Assembly (NCBI GenBank): GCA_964016885.1
Contig: OZ024743.1
Coordinates: 121,272,001 to 121,336,000 of the forward strand
Length of the DNA: 64,000 nucleotides
From: Eledone cirrhosa
Lineage: Eukaryota
Reading direction: 5' to 3'
Within the stretch, counting starts at the first letter, position 1; every line of letters begins with the position of its first letter. The translations under genes and the position numbers were made by a program. Shown here in pieces: positions 30,379 to 43,800 of this stretch. Under the pieces are notes generated by a model. It saw nothing but the letters and a program-made list of their open reading frames with translations, did no database searches and was not told the DNA's origin.

Positions 30379-30595
30379 GGTGTTTGTTGTTATTGCAATA
30401 TAATCATAGGTCAGCTCTGATTGAGCAGCTATATGCTATATTCTAACCATGATCATACATATTTTTTATCTCGAATTATATTGTTCAATGTGCCTTTCAT
30501 TTTTCTTATGCAGAAGGGTGACATTTTATGGAATTTGCTAGTTATTTCTAGCAGGTCAAGTGACTGTCCAGTGTCCCACTCATTAGCCATAGCAT

Positions 30596-30800
30596 TTGGC
30601 AGTATCGGTAGAGGGTCGGACGCCATGCTTTGCAGTATCGAGTTACGGCCATTTATGATCTGGGTTCAAATCCCGGTGAGGTTAACTTTGCCATTCATCC
30701 TTACGGGGTCGATAAAATAAAGTACCAGTCACGCACTGGGGTCGATTTAATCGACTTTCCCCTCCCCCAAAATTTCTGGCCTTGTGCCTATATAAGAAAG
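30596..30800 (+). mobile_element. tRNA-derived SINE
   Basis: Family match. Confidence 0.88.
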
Positions 30801-32102
30801 CATTAGTGTTTAATGTCGAAGTTGACAAGGACACGTCGTTGGTTTTTAGTTCGGAATCAAAATCTACAATACACAAATTTCTGTGCAGAAACCAATAAAG
30901 TGCTAGAGCAAGAAAATAAAAATAAATGAAACTTCGAGATCAAAAGTATTCAAATGTTCTGTGTACTATGGCTTAATCTCGAAACTGTCTCAACTAGTTT
31001 GATGGTATATTAAAGGTGGGATCATTGCGCATCGGAAACAAATCCAAAAGTACATAAACTGATGACAACATCATATTTACAGAAAAGAACAGCATAAAAA
31101 TAGACATATCTGAAAGTAATAATATCAAACCGGAGTATTACATAAGACCAGTAGTGTTTCAACCGAAAATTAAGAAGTCAGGAAAAACATTGCTTTTTAT
31201 TTGATAAATAAGAAATGAAGCATGAAGTTGTGCTCAGAGTGATCAAGTATTATATGTCGTCGATTAAATTGATAGAAATACGTATTAAGAAAGTGTTAAT
31301 TATCTAATTGTTATTAAATGTATCTCAAGGTTGTGCCATTGTGAAAGCTTTATGATATACATTAATAATCATTGTGAGGAGTACAAAGCTGCTGAAGGCG
31401 TAAGTGTGAAAATAGTTCTTAATCATTCGTTCAACGTGGAAAAGGATGTTTAGTGTGGTGAAATGCAAGCTAGTAGATAAGCCTAAGTTCCAGACGCACG
31501 ACGTGACGAAACAATCTGAAATCTAGATTTTGACGGACAAAATGTGAGCTTGACGAAGGATTTTCACGTGTGGACATTCTTATTCGACATTTAGTAGAAG
31601 AAATAAAGTGATCCATAAGGGCAATTACTAAATCTGAACTATAAAAGAGATTAGGCAGCTGCGTGGAGGGAGGGGTGGTAATAGATGATACATGCCGGGC
31701 TTGTTTGCTGCTGTTTAATGTGTACTGAAAACTGTAGTGGATTGAGCGGATTATTAGATGTATGGATGAAAATACGGTTGCACTGGCAAAAGACGTGGAC
31801 AACAGATGCAGTTAGTCGTTTAAGCCTATTATTATCCTCGGAACAAAATTGAAAATATGAATCAAAAGTTCGGCGCATATATTTATATGATTCAAATTAA
31901 AATCTACTGAAGAAAATTTGCAATTAAATACATTTGCCCTTGATGAGACTCAGACCAAGTTACATCAGTTCAGAGTTCTGACACAAATGACCATCATTAT
32001 CAAAATCGAATCAGTTACACTATATAGGTTTTTCTTCAGATATGGTGTCGCCGAAATATATCTAGGGAAATTGTGAAACTATATAGCAATATCTTCTATA
32101 TA

Positions 32103-32262
32103 CAGTGAAATTCCATCATAATGAAATTCACGGAGTATAAAAAAAATTCGTTGTAACGAAAAATTCTTTATAACGAGATCGACCGAAACACATCGATTTT
32201 GCGGCCTTGGTTGAAAAGATTTCGTTGTATTGAAAATTCGTTATACTGATGAATTTTACCTG
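32103..32262. mobile_element. Tc1/pogo-type MITE with TA target duplication
   Basis: TA|CAGTGAAATTC ... GAATTTTACCTG|TA; internal TTCGTT(A/G)TAAC subrepeats. Confidence 0.6.
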
Positions 32263-32891
32263 TAATCTATATGTATCTGCTAATAAAATGATACACCAAC
32301 CACTTAGTGATTTGATATCCCAAAGGAAAACCAGGTTTGTCAATCCATAGAGATGTTTGAGATGATGTTGAATCGTCTGCTTGACACCAACTGCTTGTCC
32401 TAGCGCAATAATCAGAAAGTTCATCTGCTCTCAATACGAACTCTAGTTATGTTTCTGAGGCAGCGAAGTCAATATCAATACTTGTAAGGTCATCAGGTGT
32501 TGTATTTTCCACGACTCTTTTCTTTTTACTGAACTATGGTAGTCAGTCGAGAATATCTTAGGTACAAAACACTAAGAGCGTTCTCTGACGCTCACATCTC
32601 TATTCCAACTGAATAATTTTGCAGGTATTCCGTATATTTTTTCATTCTATACAAATCTAAAGAGAAGACTTCGAATAGACATATCCCAATATATTTATAT
32701 CGAGATATATGGATAATTTCCATAATATAGACAAGTGAAATGGTAGTTCGGCTTAACTGACTACACCGCTGCTACAAATTTAGTTGTTTTATATATATAT
32801 ATATATATATATAGTGGTAGAACACTGGAAGGTAATATCCGTAGTGGTAGAGCACTCAGTCCATGGGACGAGTTAGGTAGAAGTGTAACCA

Positions 32892-32941
<50 letters not shown>

Positions 32942-33014
32942 GTAAACAGGAATAACACAATCTGTACAGTAGGAGGAATATATTAGGTTATTGCTTGAAA
33001 TAGCAGGAAGAGGG

Positions 33015-33050
33015 TTTTAACGTTTCGGACGCTGGTCCTTCACTAGAAGA
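33015..33050 (-). ncRNA. Degenerate hammerhead motif (same family as 504-538)
   Basis: tctt CTAGTGA a-ggac-cagc-gtcc GAAA CG TT aaaa; core altered. Confidence 0.35.
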
Positions 33051-33170
33051 AAGAATGAGAAATAAGATAGATTGAAGTGACGGGCGGGTGGAATTGGAAA
33101 AAATGTCTTTAGATAAAAATAACAGGTCCATACATGTTGACATCTACATATATATATATACACGCATATA

Positions 33171-33968
33171 TATACCAGATAGAAAAATGCGTACAGCAAA
33201 AAAAAGTAATATTGTTCGAATATAAACCTTTAAAAATACAGGACAAGAAACTAAAATAAAACTTTAAAAGAATAGGACAAGAAACTAAGATAAAACTTTA
33301 AAGAATTGGACAAGAAATAAAAAATTTCCAATAATATTAGTGGCAAAATCCATCTTCTCCTTGCATCTTGTCCTTGAGTTCAAGTCCGGCAGTCCAGATG
33401 AATGCGTGCCACAGCTTTCTGGTACAGGAAGGGGGGGCAGGAGGACTGGAGGGATCACGGGACAGAGGGAGGGAGGACCGGTGGTTGAGGGAGGTGCCGT
33501 AGTCGGTGGTCAGAGTCGACATCTTATCCCATCTTCGTCTGGTGTTGCGGGACCAGAAGTGCATTCTTGGAGGAGACCTGCAGCTGCATCGGCCAATTCT
33601 TCTTGCAATGGTTATTCTGACGGAGCAGAACTGCTCAGCCAACCAACCCCAACCAGAACCAACCGCTCAGGGGCAACGCACAATGAGAGCATGACAATTA
33701 TTATGCACTAATCAAGAAGATACTGGGGCATAGCACAGGAAACGAATAAAAAAATGTTGCCACTAATATTATTGTAAATTTTTTTTATTTCTTGTCCAAT
33801 TCTTTAAAGTTTTATCTTAGTTTCTTGTCCTATTCTTTTAAAGTTTTATCTTAGTTTTTTGTCCTATTCTTTTAAAGTCTTATTTTAGTTTCTTGTCCTG
33901 TATTTTTAAAGGTTTATATTCCAACAATATTACTTTTTTTTGCTGTACGCATTTTTCTATCTGGTATA
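33171..33968. mobile_element. Foldback element with long inverted arms around a GC-rich core
   Basis: 33171-33346 pairs with 33757-33968; arms carry ~30-bp subrepeats; both ends TATA. Confidence 0.75.
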
Positions 33969-34377
33969 CTATTTTTTAAGGCAATGCAAGCAACAACTAT
34001 CTAATAATTAAATGATCATAGTGAATTACTGACAAGTGATTGACATTTTAAAGTTCTTTTGAGTATAATTGCAGTCTAGATGATGCAACTGGCTTAATGA
34101 CAAAGCTACGTCCTTTCTGGATTACCTCCCCTAGCGTCACGCTTACTACTGACTCACTTGAACACAAGATTTATCAGCAAACTTTGATTATAAACTTTTT
34201 ACTGCTGGACCAAATTTCTAGATTTTTAAGCCAAAAGATGCGTAATGATCGACTGTTCATGCTCATATAAGTTTTATCTCAGTTAAATAAAGTAGAGCCG
34301 CGCTGTACTGTTGTAAACAGACGATTGCCAACGAAAACACGACCACAACAATATTACTACGGACTACCGTCCGTTTA

Positions 34378-34435
<58 letters not shown>

Positions 34436-34934
34436 CGAAGGAATTGTGGTAATTTTTTTCTATTCCCAATTTTTTTCTAATCCCAACTTATTAACCTGTA
34501 ATTGTAAGATAGCATTGTGATTTTTTATTTATTCATTTCTCACTATCTAGTTTTATATATATATTTTTGTTTCTATTATCTTTTATTGTCTCCTACTCTC
34601 ATTTTAATTACCTATTCTATAACCTCCCTCCTCCATTTCATACACTATCCTTAGAATCTGCTGTATACATATCACTTTCAACGCTTGACCGGCTCCACTC
34701 ACTCCCCTATTGTTCTACAGGCAAGTTCAGTCACCCCTACCTCCCACCAAATGCAATGATAGACTTATTTGTGTTTACAACAAATTTTAACCAAAACTCT
34801 TGACAACTACAATCTTCCCATATAAGGAAGTACCCATTGACAAGTTCGGCTATTTATTCACCAGGCTAAAAATTCTAATTTAGTCCAGAAATAGCCGTCG
34901 AAACGGCTTGAGCTCTGCCATCGGGGTCATACCT

Positions 34935-35023
<89 letters not shown>

Positions 35024-36899
35024 GGGGGTATTTGTTTGTATGTGTGTGCGCGTGTCCTAAATTTTGTCTGAATTTATGAGATGAGGATTATTTGGATTTG
35101 TGTTTATCGGTGGAAGCGATACAATTATAGCAAGATGAGGACACGCTGTGTATAACGTATATTAAATTCCATCGCTTACAAGAGACATTGTGAAATAGAG
35201 TTAAAAGTGTTTTCGAAAGCAGCTACAGTCGGTAAAGACAGAAGCAAACAAAAGCTAGGGTTTCCACTTTTCTTTTATTTCAATATTTTCGCTTATAAAT
35301 TCTATATATGGAAAAGAAAGTTGCATTGTAGCCTAGCTACGATCTTCACACATAACACAACGCCATTATACTGCGTTATGCGTAGATTTGTATTTTTATA
35401 TTAGTCAATTACTGTTGTGCAGCACATGCTTGTTGTTGATTGTGAGGCTTGAATTATTCATAAGAACGTATTCAGGGACGTCTTAATCCACAAATGTCCA
35501 ATATGCCGCTTGGATGCTGAACATGATATCTTACTTATGGCATCTCTCCTTCTGATTTTTAGCAGCTACTTTAAATGTGTTGAGTAACGCTGATATGCAG
35601 TTTGTAAATGGTGCTTCTGACGTAAACTCCACCACATTTATCCGAAAACATGTCCCCAATTTTTGATAGAGCAGTTAGCCATTATACAAGAAAAACCCAG
35701 AGTACACGATCTATATATGCAGTCCCTTCCTAAGGATCGATTGGCAGATTTCTTCCATGATTAGAAAACAAGTGGTGTCGTTGAAAGTGTGGATATTTTA
35801 TGGGTGGCGGGCCATGCAGTACGGACATGATAAGGTGGTATTAATTATCACTGATAGTAACAGTGTGATTCAGAATAGAGTCGTATACGGAAGCATAAAC
35901 AATAGGTTTATATAGAATAAACATACATAATTCTCTGTACATATTTTGAGCTGTGATCAGATCACGGCAACCCCAGTAACCACGTACGAATGCAAAATAC
36001 TACCATTTATATGTTGTTATTCCTGTTTTATTTTGTTATTATTCCTTTTGCTGTAATAAGATGAGGCCAGCGCTGAGAAAAATTATCTATGATCAATAAC
36101 CACATGACAAAGAAAAATACTAGCATTTCAGGGCTTTTGGTTATCTTCCTTATATGCTTATCTTATATATTTCGAAACATGGGCCTTAATCTCATTGTTT
36201 TAATGTGTTCTCTTACATCTAGAGTCTAACATAATCTTGCCACTCGATGAAATCGTGAATTGATTTTCAAATTACGAATGTGTATATAAAGTGCTCTCTT
36301 TCCAATTCCACCCCGCCTGTCCTTTCAATCTAATTTCTCATTCTTCTGTGTATATATGTGTGTGTGTGCGTGTCTGTGTATTTGTGTGTACCTGTTATCA
36401 GCTATCGGGAGGAAAGGTCAATGATTTCGGATACTCCAGACAGTATTGCACACTCCAGTTGAGCCAAATAGCATTGTAGCTACCAACAGAAAGCTATGTT
36501 GTTTTCAAACTGCACAAAAGTATATATTTTTCTTTCGTTACCCATTCATTCAGCTAGCATTCATAGCCAGCCTAGTGTCATAGCTCCAAAATGTAAAATA
36601 TATATATATTTCTCGGCGACATCTTTTATTTACACTCAACTTTGGTTTTTATCTCAAATAATTCGGCCAGCAACATAAGGAGTATTTCTACTTGTCTCTA
36701 CAATTTATGAAACAACCTTTCCTGCTGTCTTATCTAAGTTCAATACCAGCCAGTCAGGAAGTAGTGGATCAAGCTACAAATTTATAAAATGCCATTTTTA
36801 ATCGAAGCACCCTTTACTACCTTCTTCGTACTCACTTGATTCCTATACATACATATCATGTAAAACGCTCCTCTCTATGATTATTTTCCTGCTAAACAT

Positions 36900-36960
<61 letters not shown>

Positions 36961-37173
36961 TCTCTCTCACTCTCTCTCTGTATATATATATAAAAAGAGT
37001 CAGGAACTCGACGGCTGAGCTCCGGCCATTTCGACACCTGGATCCGAACTCAGCTGTTGCAGGACCTCAGCCGCTGGGGTCCTGACTCTTTTCCTATTAC
37101 CTACTCTACTACGCTAAATATCGAGTACTCTGCTGCGTTATGGTCGACCTGGTTTCTTACCACACTTTCTTTG

Positions 37174-37248
<75 letters not shown>

Positions 37249-37456
37249 AACCTGATTGGTTCTTTCGTTGTTTTGGTATTGTGTGGTTGGGTTTTGCCTA
37301 CCGCAATTTTCAATTTGTCAAGCTATTTCAACGTAATCTTATTAATCTAAGGACCTACCCTTATTGAGTGCTTAGCTACTCATTCCTTATTGTAGGTCGA
37401 CTTTGCTTGACCACAGCCAAAGCTTCGATTTTACTAAGCTTCCACTTGTATATATA

Positions 37457-37530
<74 letters not shown>

Positions 37531-37534
<4 letters not shown>

Positions 37535-39771
37535 ACAATAATAAATTTGAAGAGTAAAATCTAAAGAGGGCTCGATAAGGATAAATATATATCATATATA
37601 TAAGAACCGTAGAACAAATATTTATTAAAATAACAGATTAAAGTTTAAGCAGAAAATCGCTTCTTCCACCCTTAACGGGATCTTCTGAAACTATCAATCT
37701 GTGAACGCAGAAGTAAATATTTCAAAAAACGTTGCAACCGAAGGAAGACTGGAAGACGATACTTTGGTTCGTGGAAACGTTCCCTGGCAAAGAACGGAAA
37801 AAACGATTTGTCGAATGGCTTGCATTACCCGTATAGAAAGCCGAATGATACGCTTAATTACATAAGTAAGCATTCTAACCATCTTGCCAGCATAACCAAG
37901 AACCTGGTAACAAACGTTTCTTTGAGGCTTTCCCGTCTATCTACAAACGAGCATATTTTCAACGACCATTCCACATATTACAATGAAGCTCTTGCTCGGA
38001 GTTGATTTGTCGATAAGGTAGCTTATACAGAGTACGAGAATAGACCTAAGAAAAATAGATCCCGACGAATTATATGGTATAACCCACCAAATAATATGGA
38101 GGTGGCCACACATTCAGCTAAGATCTTTCTCTCCCTTATTATGAAGCATTTCCCCCCAGCACAGAAATATAGTAAAATTTTTAATAGAAATACCATTAAA
38201 ATGTCTTACTCTACGACTCCTAACCTTGCACATAACATCACAGCTTCAAATCTAGCTAAATTACCTAGCCGTAGGAACACGTGCAACCCTGTAGCTAGTA
38301 CTAATTGTAATTGTAGGAATCGGGTTGACTGCCCCCTATCCGGGAAATGCCTCTCTAGTAACATTGTCTACAAATGTAAGGTTGAAACACCCATGTCCCG
38401 TAGGGCCTACATAGGGTTAACCGTCAATAGATTCAAGCAGCGTCTTTACAATAATACCCATTCTTTTCTTAACCCTTTAAGAAGGAATATGACGTCACTT
38501 TCAGCTTATATCTGGAGTGTAAAAGATAACCACGCCCAATATAAGTTACACTGGGAGATCCTAGCTAAGGCTAGATCGTATAACGGAAATAAAAGACCAT
38601 GTGACCTCTCCTGGAAATACTCTACTCCAAAGACCACATCTTAAACAAAAAATCTGAGGCAATTTCGGCTTGTAAACATAAATTCTACAAAACTTTTCTG
38701 TATTACAGCCCCACATTATACCCTAACGGATAGTACGAACTATACGCGGATATTTTACGTCTTGATGTGTTATGTAAATACCATTACTTATTGGCGTATA
38801 TATTATATATACTGGTACATGTGCACTTGGTTATGTGTATACGTGAGTTTTGCGTTTGTGTGAGTATGCGGGTTCGTACGTATGAAGGGCGTGTGTATAT
38901 GTGTACTTTGTGTTTTGGTTGAAGTACGGCCGCGAACATATGTGTCTTTACATGTGGGTGTGTGTGTGTGCGCGCGTTGTATGCGTATTTATGTGTGTAT
39001 ATTTATATACGTTTATTTAATTATGTATACACGCACACACACACATGTGTATATATATATGTTTTTATTTAATTATTTTTATGTGTATGTGGTGTATACG
39101 TTCGTATGTGTGCGGTACAGGCGTTGCGTGGGTGCTGTGTGTTCGTGTGTGTGTTTTCTTGTGTACGTGCTTGTATTTGCATACCTTGGGGAGTGTTTTC
39201 ACGTATGCTTGTATATGTACCTATATGGATGTGTGTATGTACCTATATGGATGTGTGTATGTATATATTTAATTTCAATTACCTCTGTATTTTATTTACT
39301 TTATTCTTAACTCTGAAGCCAAGAATCATTCGGTTTCCTAAATAGAATTTTAGTCTACGACTTCAGTTATACCATTTACGTGGTTTTGTCTTTGCGTGTA
39401 ATTGTTCTCCTTGCTCCACATAATCACGTATTATCTTCGTTTTTTTCGTTCATTGCCAGAGAACGTCTCCATGAACCACCTAATAGAATATTAGTCTACG
39501 ACTTCATTTATACCATAAACGTGGTTTTGGCTTCGCGTGTAATTGTTTTCACTGCACGAAATAATGACGTATTATCTTCGTTTTTTCCGTTCTTTGCCAG
39601 GGAACGTTTCCACGAACCAAAGTATCGTCTTCCTGTCTTCCTTCGGTTGCAACATTTTTTGAAATATTTACTTCTGCGTTCACAGATTGACTTTTTTAGT
39701 TTCAGAAGATCCCGTTAAGGGTGAAAGCAGCGATTCTTTGCTTAAACTTTAATCTATTATTTTAATAAAAA

Positions 39772-39772
<1 letters not shown>
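37531..39772 (+). mobile_element. PLE family A copy: inverted pLTR (37531-37807), 5'-truncated RT/GIY-YIG body and 3' pLTR
   Basis: ORFs 37808-38005 and 38096-38644 (CNCRNRVDCPLSGKC, IVYKC, YIGLT); high identity to 13035-15085; TA runs on both sides. Confidence 0.93.
39698..39748 (+). ncRNA. Type I hammerhead-like fold with CAGAAGA core (PLE family A pLTR)
   Basis: Identical to 13053-13103; a mutated copy lies at 37642-37692 (minus). Confidence 0.65.
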
Positions 39773-39857
<85 letters not shown>

Positions 39858-40897
39858 GCATAATTATGGGTGGACTTCCGGTGGATATCAGGAGGTGACC
39901 ACAATTAAAAACGTTACTCAATATGTTGATGGAGTGTATCATCTTAATTTTATATATAAATTAGCGGAGCTACCCGGTGATACCCGGGTATTTTATGAAA
40001 GTTACAATATATTTGGCACACATTACAAAATATTTGACCATTCAAATATGATTACTGAATTTTAACCAAAGTAGGAATTATAGCAGAATATTTATTGCCA
40101 TTTGGTCAATGTAAATCATCTAGATAAAAATATTAGTTTTTTTCCAGTGGTGATTTCTTGAATACTGCTCACTATTACAGTCAACATATATAATGCTTTA
40201 CTCATAGATGAATATGAGGTATGTTGTCAGGGCATGACGAAAAAAATACATTTAGATTTTTTATCCTTTTCTTTCTTTCTTTTTTTTCTTTTGCTCTCAA
40301 ATTCAAACAACATGTAAAGACTATATTAAAAACCATAAATAAAATAAGAAAATAAATTTAGCATTGGTTTATGATTGAATGAAGCATTTACTTAGCATTT
40401 CTGAAATTCGGGGAAAGTGTATTTAAATTTGTACACTGTAGCTTTCACCAATCGTTGGCCTCTATGGCAGTAAGATCTTGTTTGAGGGAGATTTGTGTTC
40501 TATTTCTATTAGCTATACCAACAGTTATAGTGGCTCACATGACATACATAGATACATACATACACACATGTATGTGTGTAAGACAGTTGTTTGTGATTTG
40601 AAATGGATTTTGCTAATATTTCTAGTAGATCGAGTTATCACATAGAACCATTCCTTTTTGCTTCATACATATATACATACCTGAGAAAGTAAGGTGGAAT
40701 TTGAAGGAAATTTGGCTGATATTTCTACCCAACAAAATCCTCACGTATACTACTTTATATAGCAGAGGGAATATCTGCATATTCTTCCAAAGTAACACCA
40801 AGCAGTAAATTTGCGGCTTCAGAATTCCTTGCAAACTACATGACTAAGGAATTAGGATCTGTGTGTATTGTCATTGAATGAGGAATTACGACATTGC

Positions 40898-43800
40898 TCA
40901 TTCCAAAGCCTCTGGATACACAACATTCTTGGTTTTGCCCTGTGGTGCCACAATGAAGGGACAATCAGGGTTCCCAACCCTTGTTGTGCCAACATAGAGT
41001 TGACCCTGTGAAAAGACAGGATCTACCAGATTCAACCCAACGACTTTCAATGATTGCCCTTGAGATTTATTAATGGTCATGGCAAAACTGAGCCTGATCG
41101 GAAATTGAAGTCTTTGAAATTCAAATGGCAAATCAGTTGGCTTCAGAGGTATTCTGGGAATTAAACAATTGTCACCAGCAAATTTTCCTGACATGATTGT
41201 AACTTCTAGAATATTGGACATCATATTTTTGATGATGAGTCTTGTGCCATTACAAAGTTTTGGAGGATCCAGATTGCGAAGTAGCAAAACCGATGCTCCA
41301 AGCTTCAGTATTAGGTTGTGTGGAGGAATTCTAGCTTGTTCAAGACTGTTCAAAAATTCAGCTGGATAGTTTACAGCCTGGTCTTGAGAAGTGATTGTGT
41401 CAACTGATTTGTAGCATATTTTCTCTCCCAGTAACATCTCCAGCAGTTGATTTCTTTCACAGCAACATTTTTAGGTGCTAAGATTGCTCGTTCACAGAGC
41501 CATTTCGGATCACATTGCCTGGTCTGACTGTTTGGAAACACCCTGGCAATCAGTTCTTGTTCTGTGTCAATGATATGGCCAAATGACAACTGAATATGGT
41601 CATTGGAGTCCTTTTCAAGAAGTCCATTTCCCAATTTAAGTAGTTGGATGGCAAACACACTGACACCTTCGTCACCAGTTAAGTGCACTCGCATGTTGGT
41701 TGTAAGTCTCAGCAGCTGAAAGTGGGGCCAGAGATAGGATGTTTTCAGACAGGCATTGACCTGATCAGCTCGAGTCCCTCGAAAAATTACAGGCAGAGTT
41801 TGTCTGAAATCACCAGGAAGAACCATTGTCACTCTTCCCATTATGCAACAAGTTTCTCTCGATCCATTATCGTCCGGTCCAAAGCTTCAATTGCTCCTTT
41901 ATGGATCATAGTAGCCTCATCCCAAATTATCATCTTGCATGTTTGCAGAAGCTTGCCCTTGGGTGAGTTATTCTTGATGTTGCAAAAAGATTGTTCATGT
42001 CGTGTGGGACCTATGGGCAGCTTAAACATGGAGTGTGCAGTTCTTCCTCCATCCAGAATTGTTGCTGCAATGCCACTTGAAGCCACAGCAAGGGCAATAT
42101 GTTGCTTTTGGCGAACTTTTGCAAGCACGAGGTTTATGAGGAATGTCTTGCCTGTGCCAGCAGGAGCCTCGATAAAGAAAAGTCCTCCCCTGTCATTTTG
42201 AATGTTTTCGATGATGTTGTGGTAGGCGTATTTCTAGTCATCCATCAATCGAAGTTCATTTTCATCCACAAACTTACGCAATGCTTGAATATCGTAGTTT
42301 GTCTCCTGAAAAATGTCTTGTGCTACCTCCATTTCTTCATCTGGCTCTGGCATCCCGCAGTTAGCTAATGTGCTATTCATTGCCCGAACTGGATGGGACA
42401 GGTCACACAGAGCTTGATTGTAAATCCTGGGGGTATATTCCATATACATATTGCCATGATGTCTTCGGGCTAGGTGTAGATAGTCGTCCGACATATTGTT
42501 TTTATACTCCTGCCAGAGTAGATGAGCTTTATCAATTTCACATGGTGTGAGCATAATAGCAAATAATTGTCTTATTTGACTGGCTACTTGAGTGATTGCT
42601 GCTTCTTCTAGGCACTTCTTCCAGTGACCATTGTCATACAGAAGTCCATGCTGTTTATATTCTTCTTGGTATGTTGCGCACTCCCTTCCTCTGAAGCACC
42701 TAAGATCCTCAAATGACGTTGGTCCTCGAACAGTAGCCGTAAATAAAAACATTCTCTGTTGTTGGGATGGACATTGCAAACACGCCCAATAGCATCATTT
42801 GACTTGACTTCATGACCTTCCACTAAATGACCCTGCTTTCTTCGATTCCAGTTCTTGCAATTTGTCCAGGTGTAGTATGTTGGGACTTCAGCATATAGGA
42901 GGGATCGAGCAAATTCATCATTCTGGCAGAGTTTACTGAAAGCAATTAGTGTAGTGTCATGTGATGCTTGTGCCAACTGATGAGCAGTGATCTCAGTGAA
43001 GTACACTCTCTGTCCATTTTCCAGATGGACTGTGAGGTTGACTACTGTTGGGTGGCGCTGGTGGATATCAAATCCAAAGATTCGCCAGATAGCTTCATTG
43101 CTGGAGATGTATCGACCTGTTTGATACCGTTTGACCTCATCCAGCCCACCATCATTGAGTTCTTTGTCAGTAATAAAGGTAGCCATGTCACTGCCCTTGT
43201 TGATATATTTTGTGACATATAGGATTGCCTTGACGGAGCTGCAATACTCAACATTGATATGAGCTTTTAAAAGTTTACACAATTTGTTATGTGGGACGAC
43301 CCACTGATTGTTTATGGTCAGCTCCTCTCCTCGAACTGTTAGGCTTGCAGTATTGCCTCCATGTTCTGGTCTACGCCTACGATAAATGGGGTATCCTTTA
43401 TTGTCAGTCCGAGTTTCCCGAATAAAACTATAGGATAATGTTGGCTGCATTTTTTATCTTTCATGCAGAGAGAGGCTGGATTGATAACTCCACATGGACC
43501 ATGAATGAGTTTTGACTTGATGGTTTCAAAGAGCTCTGGATCACCACCTTTATCAGGCAACTCTGCTGGAATGATCTTATCAACATCATCTGATCTCATC
43601 TTCTCCTTGCACCAGATTAGTGTGTGAGAGTGAGGAAGACCTCCCGTCTGCCACTCAATAGTGGTCATCCAAGCACTAAGCTCACCAAATAACCTTCCTT
43701 CTTTAAGGAGCCAGACATGTTTTCTCTTTGCTTTTCATGGGAAATCCGAGCAATGAGGTCATGTCGATCCTTTGGTTTTTGATTTTGAAATAATTCATTT

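Noticed and set aside
35400-35950. Possible BEL/Pao integrase remnant (MQSLPKDRL)
   Set aside because: One short motif only; cannot be supported without a search.
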